This document shows positions 1 to 64,000 of a stretch of DNA of 64,000 bases, piece by piece. The DNA is from the human T2T-CHM13v2.0 reference genome, Homo sapiens. The notes beneath the pieces are model-generated. The model was not told the origin of the DNA and did no database searches. It was given only the letters and a program-made list of their open reading frames with translations. The position numbers were made by a program, and so were the translations under genes. The DNA is taken from assembly GCF_009914755.1 (NCBI RefSeq), contig NC_060940.1; one strand, given 5' to 3'. How positions within the stretch are numbered: the first letter of the stretch is position 1; every line of letters starts with the position of its first letter.

Positions 1-221
1 CAAAGTTTGAGGGAAATGAATTAAAAATCTAAAATACATTCAATTCAATATGTAATCATTGAAACACATAAAAAAAAGAGTAGGAACCTTGATTTAGTGA
101 CATCACCCATCACTCATCTCAAGGACTGGAGTTGTAAGCATGGTATCTTTAAAAGTAGTATTTAATGGGTAAAGAAGAAAGGTCAGAGCTTATCATTTTT
201 TCCCCAAATCTTAGACTTTAA

Positions 222-23275
<23,054 letters not shown>

Positions 23276-23554
23276 CAGCACTGGGCAAAGCTGAACAAAA
23301 ATGTGACCCTTCGTAATTACTGGGAAGTCTGAAAGAGCTAAGCATGGAGTCAAGGAGAACTACATGGTAGCTTGCCTGACAGTGTTCTTAAAACTGGTTG
23401 TCTTTTACTAGGACTCATAATGATTGTCCTCAACCGAGACCTTGAGCTTGCAGCTACGTACTTATCTCTTGATTAAAAAAAAAAAAGTTGGCTTTTTTTT
23501 TTTTAACATTTAGTCCTTTTTCCATATTGGCTTCTTCAGTGAATTTTTAAGTTC

Positions 23555-23885
23555 AATTTGTTTTTATTGAGGTAAAATATTTATAACATAAAACTGACCA
23601 GCTTACCCATTTTTAAATATGCAATTCAGTGGATTAAGTACATTCTCATTGTTGTCCAGCCATCACCATCATCCATCTCCAGAAGTTTTCCATCTTCCCA
23701 AATTCTGTGCCCATTGAACAATAACTCCCCACCTCCCCTTCCCCTAGCAACAGCCATACTTTTTGTCTCTATCATCAACTTCACTACTCATATTTCTCAT
23801 GTAAGTGGAATCATACAGTATTTGTCCTTTTGTGACTGGTTTCACTTAGCATAAAGTCTTTAAGATGCATCCATGTTTCCAGTGT
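23555..23885 (-). mobile_element. L1M 3' end within OGFOD1 3'UTR
   Basis: gtaagtggaatcatacagtatttgtccttttgtgactgg...cacttagcata. Confidence 0.85.
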
Positions 23886-23919
23886 TTCGGTTTTTTTAGA
23901 AAAACTCATACGTGATTGC

Positions 23920-24265
<346 letters not shown>

Positions 24266-24546
24266 TTAGAAAATTATGGAGCCTTACATCCTGATCATGC
24301 TGGGCCTTAGAATTCTGACACAGTGAGTCATCACATTTCCTCCCACTGCCTGTGGCCTTGTTCCACCATGACTCTCACAGTACAGTGTAGGCTTAGTGTA
24401 GTAGTATTCCCTTGGAAAGGGTCTGGCCTACCATCACATGCCCCAAGAAACTTCTGGTTGGTAAAGAAGATAGGCTGCTTATTGCCATGTGTAGTCACTT
24501 CCAAGTGCCCACTGCCTTTCCATCCTGCAATTGTGGCCTGTGTATA

Positions 24547-24552
24547 ATTAAA
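24547..24552 (+). terminator. Candidate OGFOD1 polyadenylation signal ATTAAA
   Basis: TGTA immediately upstream (24541-24544), GU/U-rich tract gtgttgcttctgtttt about 15-30 nt downstream. Confidence 0.65.
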
Positions 24553-25233
24553 TGATTTTAGCCTCACGTGTTGCTTCTGTTTTCCTAAATACTGTAGGGT
24601 CAACTATATAACTAATTGCTTTTTATTTTAAGAGACGGAATGCTAAAACCACATCAGAATGCCAAGAGGCTGTGCATCTTGTTAATTTTTTTCTTGAACT
24701 GTTCCAGGGAGTTACATCATAATTACCTGTGTGTGGGTATGCATGGGTGGATGAAAGATGCTGTTCTCATTCCATCCCAATAGAGTCTTCTGTTTCCTTT
24801 CTCTTTTTTACATTTATTTTTAGCTTTTGCAGTAGTGTTTAGTGTGGGTTTTACTAATTAATAGAAAAAGCACTGGGCCTTTAAACTTCTTAACCACTCT
24901 TCTCTTTCATCTCCTAAAACTTTTGAGTATTCATTCTTTTCTGAAGTTTGCATTTAAATGAAAATGACTTTCGCTTTGGCTTTTAGGTTTAGTTTCAAAA
25001 AGGTTTAATTCTGCACCCTAGCCAGTTAAGAAATGTTTTAGCAGGTATGCCCTTGATATGGATATTTATATATTTTACACATGCAGTAATATTATTTCTA
25101 TAACTTACTGTTATAAAACACTAATTTTTAAATGATGAGATAAAAAGAAATATCTAGAACTAGTTCTAACATTGTCTTCCCCTATGCATATGGTAACGAA
25201 CCATTTTACACCATACTATTTTGGAGACCACAA

Positions 25234-25447
25234 TTTTTTTTGCGTTTGAGATGGAGTCTCACTCTGTGGCCCAGGCTGGAGTACAGTGGCATGATATCGG
25301 CTCACTGTGACCTCTGTCTCCTGGGTTCAAGCAATTCTCCTGCCTCAGCCTCCTAAGTAGCTGGGATTACAGGCACCTGCCTCCATACCCAGCTAATTTT
25401 TTTATATTTTTAGTAGAGACAGGGTTTCACCATGTTGGCCAGGCTGG
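25234..25447 (-). mobile_element. 5'-truncated Alu
   Basis: TSD tggagaccacaatttttt. Confidence 0.93.
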
Positions 25448-26258
25448 AGACCACAATTTTTTAACCACAGTGTAGCAACACTCAAGTGGGATTGCGAATA
25501 CTGTTACTAATGGTTAATGTCACAGCTTGCCTTTTCTATATTCCAGCTGACTAAAGGTCATCTCACTCACTTGCCTTCTGATGTGTTTTCATGAGTTGAG
25601 GGGAAAGGGTGTCAGTGGCATAACTTCAGGAAGACCCAGGGAAAAGTGCTTGGGTAGGTGAAACTGTCATGTGTGCCAAGCTTGGAAAATAGTTTGAGAC
25701 TCATGGCTGTAGGCACCATCCAAGGCCAATTTTCCAATTCTGGAAAGCCAAATCTGAATCTTAGAATACCTCACAAGTGTTAAAATGTGCTTTTTAGTGT
25801 CTCCTTTATCTCAGTGTGTTTATGATCTGTCAACACATAATCATCTTTTATACACTACAAAAAGGGACTCGGGTGTCTGAGGGGAGAGAATCCCTAGGAG
25901 CCCAACTCTGATGTTGCTGTCAGTTACGTCATCTACAGCAGCACCTCTTAGATTGTGAAGGATGGTGTAACTTAAAAGATTGTGTTTCTGCACTGAAGAT
26001 AGATACACAGTGATAGTGAAGTTTGTTTTCCTTATAGTACTTCATTTTGCATCTTGATTGCTTTTTAGGGCCTGGGGCCAATGTCAACAACTCTTAGGTA
26101 GCAAAAGAAGAATTAGAACATGGGCATCTTTTTTATACCTCTTTCAGATAAAAGCTATGATGTTCACCTGTAAAATATATGGTTTCTCTCTTTATTCTTA
26201 ATAGTGAGTCTCCAATTCTTATAACTCCCATTTTTATCCCCAAAGAAAATAGCTCTAT

Positions 26259-26557
26259 GGGCCCGGCATAGTGGCTCACACCTGTAATCCCAGCACTTTG
26301 GGAGGCCCCGAGGCTGGCAGATTACCTGAGGTCAGGAGTTGGGAGACCAGCCTGGCCAACATGGTGAAACCCTATCTCTGCTAAAAATACAAAAATTAGC
26401 TGGGTGTGCTGGCACGTGCCTGTAATCCCAGGTACTTGGGAGGCTGAGGCAGGAGAATCGCTTGAACCCAGGAGGGAGGCAGAGGTTGCAGTGAGCCGAG
26501 ATCGCACCACTGCACTCCAGCCTGGGCAACAGAACAAGAATCCGTCTCAAAAAAAAT
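26259..26557 (+). mobile_element. Alu
   Basis: TSD aaaatagct. Confidence 0.95.
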
Positions 26558-26661
26558 AGCTTTCTGTTTTTTCAGACTATATAAATAACACATGCTCATT
26601 GTGAGGTAATAACATGTAATATCTAAGGATCACCTGAAATCCCACCATCCTATGACAGCCA

Positions 26662-27100
26662 CTGGTAGCTTTGTCATGTATCAACTTGGCTAGACTGAAC
26701 TACATTTCCCAGAACTCTCTTCCCTATGTCTCAGGTTAGGATGAGCCACAAATTCCTATGCCAGATCTGCAGGGCCCAATGCAGCAGCAGCCCTTGAGTA
26801 GCTGGCACACCTTGCTGGTGTGAACCACACCTGTGCCTGGGCCTGCAACCGCTCCACCTTCCCCTGGATGGATCTTCCTTCAGCTCCTCTGTGAAGGGTC
26901 TCAGTTTCAGCAGAATGCCCACACCATCAAGGTCAGAAGCAACAAGAACGGACAGATTTTAGCATCCTCACGGGCTCCAGCCCATGCCTGTGGGTTGCAG
27001 CTTGTTCTCCCCAACTCCACATCTTTTCTGACTACCCGCCCTATGGGCTTCAAGCTCCAGCATTGGACAGGAAGAGAACAGCCTTACAGAGACTACTTCA
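26662..27100 (+). mobile_element. ERVL-type LTR fragment (LTR41-like)
   Basis: tgtatcaacttggctagactgaactacatttcccagaa start motif. Confidence 0.55.
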
Positions 27101-27489
27101 CTACTTCTTCTTTATATGTTAACCATACTGGAAATTAGGAACGTTTTAACAAAACTTGTGAACATATTTGCATCTTTGAATAAGAAGAAAAATAAAATGT
27201 CTAAGGAAGTACCCTATAAATAACACTAGTCCTTAATCTTTAAAATTAGGTCCACATCTTTAATTTTAAAGTCCACATCTTTAAAATGTGGAAAGTTAGG
27301 GTTCCAAAAGAAAGAATCTGTTAGTTTTGAACTGGGCTTGTCTACTGTTTAAAGATTGCCTCTCAAAATTCCACTGAATGTGGGTTTCTTCCCCACAGAA
27401 CACCCCCTCACACACACACACACACAAAAAAAACAAAAAACAAAAAACAAAAAAAAAAACAAAGCTTGGGTTACCTCTCCCAGACCAGT

Positions 27490-27742
27490 ATTTTTTATTT
27501 TTTATTTTTTATTTTTTTTGAGACGGAGTCTCTGTCACCCAGGCTGGAGTGCAGTGGCATGATCTCAACTCACTGCAACCTCTGCCTCCCAGGTTCAAGC
27601 AATTCTGGGATTACAGGTGCCTAACACCACACTGGCTAATTTTTGTATTTTTAGTAGAGATGGGATTTCACCATGTTGGCCAGGCTGGTCTCAAACTCCT
27701 GACCTCAAGTGACCCACCCGCCTTGACCTCCCAAAGTTCTGG
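27490..27742 (-). mobile_element. Alu with internal deletion
   Basis: Reverse Alu; cagtattt flanks; preceded by (CA)n/A-rich tract 27409-27463. Confidence 0.9.
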
Positions 27743-29435
27743 CAGTATTTCTTGAATAAGAAGTTTTGGGGTGCATTACTGCTTCAACACCATGACATAC
27801 TTAACCACTACTAAACAATGAGGAAGCACAAACCCTGTTGAAAAGGGTCGAGGAGATCTAGTGAAGTGATGCCAGAGGAGGGCTCTCCAGCCTGCATGGA
27901 AATGGGTGTCCTGATGATTCCCTCTCTGATGCAAAATCAGTCCACAAAGACAATTTAAAAACGACTTGGGAACTGTCCATGTGACATCACTTTTAGGAAA
28001 AGCAGATTCTGTACTGTACAGATTACAAGATGACTTCAGAGCTAGAGCATAGAGTGTGGGCAGGGGCCAGATGGAAAAGAGGCAAAATGCGAAACACCAG
28101 GCTGTAATGGGTGTCTTACTGTACTTGAGTTTCCAAATGAAATTGGAGGTAATTTAGTTCTATAATGACAGGACTGTGCATTGGCAGATCTGTAACTGCT
28201 AATTATAAAATTTGAAACATTAATAACAATGTTGAAAATCTTTCTTGTAAAACACTTCTAGGGTTGCATAATAGTTTTAAAGTTCCTAGTTCTTTGATTT
28301 CTGAAGCTGCTGACAGGCGTATTAAGGACAGACAATCCCAAGCAGAGCGGCAGATGCTATTCTATGCTCAAGGCACTGGCTCAGCACTGGGGCGAGGGTG
28401 ACGCTGGTTAAGATGCAGACACCATTCTTGCTTAACAGGGGATTAAGATTTAAGTAAAGAATTTAATAAGGGTTAAGGAGTAGACATGGGAGAGGAAAGG
28501 TCACCTAAGGAGAGAGCATTTGAGCGGGGCTTTGAGGTACTGGATAGGCAGTCATGGTGGGAAATAATACAAATTATACTCTTAAAAATCCTCAGAACCT
28601 GAATTATGGTACTGAAAGCTTTCTCTCAGATATCAAAATCCTCAAAGTCAGCTTTTAAATGACAGCTCAGTGCTCACTTAAAGCTTCAATGTAATTCAGC
28701 AGTGAAATACAGCTTTGCTGTAGCTTCTAGAAGTACTCAGATTCTATCAGGATAGAAACATATGGCAACAAAATAGAGAAGTTACTGATAAACTCATCTC
28801 TCCTTGTCCAGTTTTTCCTCACTCCTAAGCTGAACAGGATGAGTTCTAAGTTGGGGGAAAAAAGGTAGTTGCATGTTTTATGAATGTTTTCACTTCGGCC
28901 AGTCTTTACTTGCTTGGGAAGTTTGGAGTAGAAGAGGCCGTGACTACTTGTTTCCAACACCTCCTTCACACCAGGGCTTACCCAGCTGTGGGACCCTGTA
29001 CAGGACACTCTGTCTTAGAGCTCAGAGCCTCATCTGTGAAACAGACACCAACATCAACAGGATCAAATTACTGTGAAAATAACCTATGAATCAGAACAAC
29101 TTAATATGTCTTGCTGCAGGTCAATGCCTTCTAGCCTGGCCATGAGTATTTTTAGGTCTAAGAAGGAAGTTTTTTAGCTAAAGAACAACAGAGTGACCTT
29201 TGATGAGATTATGTTATTAGACTCCCTAAAAATGAATGGCATTATATAATTTAAAACTAGCACCAACTAGAGATTTTAATCTCAAATGGTATAAATTAGA
29301 CTATGGTTAAAACAAAGACTCAACAGTAGGACTCAAGTTTCCTCTTGAGTCACTAGACAGGTCACACAGGTCACTAACTCTGTGACCTGAAAAGGAGGTT
29401 ATTTATGCCTCAGTTTCCTCCTCTGTGAGGCACAT

Positions 29436-29535
29436 TTATTTATTTATTTATTTATTTTTGTTTTGGAGATGGAGTCTCCCTCTGTCACCCAGGCTAGAGT
29501 GCAGTGGCATGATCTCGGCTCACAGCAACCTCTGT
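29436..29535 (-). mobile_element. Short 3' Alu fragment inserted in MIR
   Basis: TSD tgtgaggca(c/g)attta. Confidence 0.85.
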
Positions 29536-29879
29536 GTGAGGCAGATTTACGATGATACTTTACTACTTTGGAGATTGAAAATAATACAGTGTATGTGGAT
29601 TATCTCTTGAGTTTATAGGTTGAAAATGAAAAACAAAAGTATTAGCATATTCTCATAATTAGGACTCCATAAGGCTTAAATTTCAGATATAGGAGGGGCC
29701 ATCGTAAAGTGGCCACATCAAAATCAATAAAATTAATGTTTACTAACCTCAGGGAAATGCTCCACTTCCCCTAAACAGCTATTAAGATATTAAAACTAAC
29801 TGAAGTTTCACTCATTAAACCAGTCCTGAAATCTACGTTAGGGCGAAATTTTTCCTAGGGAAGAGACTGCTAGCTATTG

Positions 29880-30680
29880 GCACAAATACCAGCGTTCCTA
29901 CAGGCACACAGCTAGATTCCATCTCCCGGCCTCCCCTGCAGATGTGGTCATGTGACTCAATGGAATTCTGAATGGAAATGATAGTGTGCTACTTTCAGAC
30001 CACACTTTTAAAAGAAGAAGACATGTTTCCCTCTTACTCTCTTCTACCGGCTCAGCTATATGGTCATGCTCTGCTAACAACAGCAGTACAGTCTGAGAAA
30101 TGCATTGTTAGGCTACTTTGTCATCATGTGAACATTGTACAGTGTGCACTTATACACACCTAGATGGTATAGCCTACTCCACACCTAGGCTATACAGTAT
30201 AGCCTGTTGTTCCCAGCCTACAAATCTGTACAGCATGGTACTATACTGAATACTGTAGGAAACTGTAACATAATGCTAAGTATTTGTGTAATTATACATA
30301 TCTAAACACAAAGGTACAGTAAAAATACAGTATTATAATCTTATGGTGACCTAAACTTCATTATCTGGTACATGGCTGTAAATAACCACAAGGCCCTAGG
30401 ACAGCCCTTGTCAAATAGTGTTCCAAGTGAGATAATAAAGCCCCACTGCCCTAAGACCTCCCTCCACTGTATGTACTGAATGTGAAACTAGTCACCCAAA
30501 CCTTTTTCCTTAGGCTTAGTCCTTTAGTGAACTCAGGTAGAAAAGTTTGTCCTAGGGGATGACAGAGCCACATGATTAAAGGAACCTGGGTCCCTGCATA
30601 ACTATGGAGAAATCCTTACATAATAAATGAAAAATGAGTCATTATGATTTTGAGGTCTATTTGTTACAGCAGCTAACATT
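29880..30680 (+). mobile_element. MLT1-type MaLR LTR fragments, interrupted by Tigger
   Basis: gtggtcatgtgact...; ggaacctgggtccctg...tatttgttacagcagc. Confidence 0.6.
30088..30380. mobile_element. Tigger3/MER7-like DNA transposon (opposite orientation to 3670-3987)
   Basis: ctgagaaatgcattgttagg...cctagatggtatagcctac...aaggtacagtaaaaatacagtattataatcttatgg. Confidence 0.8.
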
Positions 30681-30784
30681 AGCCCAACAAAGTAATCACT
30701 CTAAATTGACTCTTCCTTAATGTAAATTTGTTGTTTGCACCCATCTTTCAGTGATTAAAAAGCACACAAATCCAAATATCCACA

Positions 30785-31382
<598 letters not shown>

Positions 31383-31459
31383 CACATTTTTGTTTTTCTC
31401 TACTACAAAATACAAATGGGCAATTCTGATTTGGTGGTGATTTTATAATCAATCAACAC

Positions 31460-31839
31460 AAAGTTTAACATCTTTACATTTTAATGAAAAAGTAGATAAT
31501 CTATTTGAAAAGTACAAACTCAATTGCAATTTCAAGAAAAAAATATGTATTTATATACCATAAATAAGCAAAATTGGACTCTGAAGCCCTAATACTTCAA
31601 AAGCATTCATCCTATTCCATAAAAACCTAGTATTATTCAGCAACAGTACTACTACTGATTTAAAAATAGAAAGCAAGTCTATCTTCACATGTAGTTCTTT
31701 GTCTTTAATTTGTACAACTCACCAAGGTTATTTTCATTCTTAGCACCCGGGGTTCACCAGGGTGTGATCCAAAGCAAACCAGCATAGGTTTTTAACAGAA
31801 AATCTTTGCCAGGAACTTCATGACCTGTATTTTCCTCAC
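31460..31839 (-). other. BBS2: BBS2 3'UTR (unspliced form)
   Basis: Between stop codon and ATTAAA at 31485-31480; cleavage position inferred. Confidence 0.7.
31480..31485 (-). terminator. Candidate BBS2 polyadenylation signal ATTAAA
   Basis: Minus-strand ATTAAA with upstream UGUA and downstream ctttgtgttgattgatt GU-rich element; a second ATTAAA lies at 31709-31704. Confidence 0.7.
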
Positions 31840-61769
<29,930 letters not shown>

Positions 61770-63393
61770 CTAATTACATTCCCTTAAAATATAAAAAATT
61801 AGTATCATACATTTTTTTAAAAAAGAACCAGGTTATTAACACATCCACATTAACAAGAGGTCACTTTAATCTCCTATGAAACTTAAAACACTCGTACATA
61901 GTTCAATGCATGGACAACTTTCAGTCATTATGAAATCACGGAAATCCAGTGGTTCTTAGCCTTGTAAGGAACAAGGTAATGAACAAGATCTAGTCACTGC
62001 TTACCAGGCCAGCTTACATGCTACCCACCAGCAGGATGTCAAAGCACTCTTAGGAGCTAGCCTTTTCCCGATCAACCTAGAATAAGCTGCTACCACCTTC
62101 AATGTGATTGCCACACACCAAGAAGATCATGGAAAACAGAATAAACACTTCCTTTATTATCTTTCATCCAAGCACCTAATGAATCACTTCCTAGACCTTA
62201 AAATGGTCTGCTAGTTAGTAAACCTGTTTCACAAACTTAAACCGAGTCATGCAAATCAAGTATCTTGAAGGCTTTCACAGTTTATACCAGTGACATAGAA
62301 CTAAGTAATTAGCCCAAAGATAATAAATTCAACAGTTTCAACTATCATAAATATAATCTGAGTGTCTGCATAAATTATTCAACTTTCCTAGACTTCACCT
62401 GTAAAAAGGAGGTTTGGACTATAAAATGCAGTCTTAAGAGGGGCGAGATCACTCCCAGGACAGGTAAATGGGTTTGCGATGGGGAATCGTGTAGCCCTTC
62501 GCAGGACCACAGTACAAAAAGAGATACAAAGTATATCTGAGGTATCAGAATTTCACTGGGAAAATTTTCTTGGTCTAAAAAAGTTCCAAGGTGGGCAATA
62601 TGACCAAAAAGGTTGGGAGGATGAAAAACACTGGACTAGGGATCCCTCTAGCCCCTTCTAGTTCTAAAATTTTTAAAATTTACATGAGTATTTCATCTCT
62701 TTCACATAAATCCAAACAGAATTAATTTTAAATTAACACCTACCCAAGGCAGCCTATTCAACAAAAAATAATTTTCAAAAGAATTGACTAAAAACATAGA
62801 AAACGTGCAGCCACTGAACACTGCCTTCATGTTCCGTTTGTGTAACACTTTATAACATGCCTTGGTCAATGTTAATTGCATTTGAACCTGACACCAACCC
62901 TTCATTTCCATATGAGGTCGGAAGAGTTAAGGCCCTTTGCCAAGGTCTTGAGACTGGTGACAGGGCTAAGACAAGAGCCTGGTGTGCTCCAGGCCCTGCG
63001 CTCCAGCCACCACCACATCACACTTCCTTTTATAACAGTTCTGAACAAACCAATTCTTACAAAGTTTTCCAGAAATCCAATATGCTGAGAAAGTACAGGA
63101 GCAGAAATAGCTTACGGGCTCCATATTCATTCTTACCGGAATGGAAAGAGTTTGCAATTTTTGTCAAGAGCAACAAGGATCTCAGGAGTCAGACTTTCCC
63201 CCAGTTCCCTCCTGCTGTTCTCTACACTCAAAGAGAGTCCACAGGGAGACAAGTCTGTCCCTTCAGGCAAGGAAAGAAAGCCAATCTCAGTCATACGACA
63301 AAAAGACCACTCCCAGGGCTTTCAAAGGACTTGCTGAAGTTCACACTTTTGTTCTAGCTGAGGAGGTGCTGCAAACAATATAAATTCAACTGA

Positions 63394-63767
<374 letters not shown>

Positions 63768-64000
63768 AGAGATTCCTTTTAAAAAAATATCCTTGCTAAG
63801 GCTCAGAGTCAGCTCCATGTTCACAACAGGGTCCCAGCTGTAAGGATAAAGTCCTGTTTCTAGACATGCAGGCTTTAACCCTAGCTGGAATGTTTTAATT
63901 GCTTTTAAGAAAATATATTCATGGCATTACTTGAGTCATAAAATACTACTAATTCTTTTTAAGGTCTCAAGATAAAAGATCAGGTCAGAACTTTTTAGAT

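Noticed and set aside
27250-27292. gtccacatcttta duplication with tccacat...atgtgga hairpin
   Set aside because: Largely explained by MIR core sequence plus slippage; only a 7-bp stem.
62857-63357. 166-aa ATG ORF antisense in BBS2 intron 1
   Set aside because: No recognisable homology or coding-like composition; several overlapping frames open, consistent with chance.

Overview
Mammalian genomic DNA, recognisably the human chr16q13 OGFOD1/BBS2 locus. It holds two convergent intron-rich genes, each missing exon 1 (outside the window). OGFOD1 (+ strand; 2-oxoglutarate/Fe(II) prolyl hydroxylase of ribosomal protein RPS23/uS12) has coding exons 2-13 at 337-23275. BBS2 (- strand; BBSome subunit) has coding exons 2-17 at 61754-31840. 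I traced every splice junction by hand: phases join cleanly and lengths sum to the expected 542-aa and 721-aa proteins once the absent first exons (154 and 117 nt, from memory) are added. The rest is about 40 Alus, old L1/L2/MIR pieces, several LTRs, Tigger elements and microsatellites; repeat boundaries and subfamily names are approximate. Almost all ORF-track entries are Alu/L1 noise. I see no evidence for a wholly new biological system. The best second-look items are: a strong 5' splice site directly after the BBS2 stop codon (possible antisense 3'UTR isoform into OGFOD1); a template-switch double hairpin with pri-miRNA-like geometry in BBS2 intron 2; a GC-AG intron with a long read-through frame; an A12/T12 hairpin masking a poly(A) signal and inverted Alus in the OGFOD1 3'UTR; a local 175-bp duplication; and a perfect DR3 plus AP-1 element.
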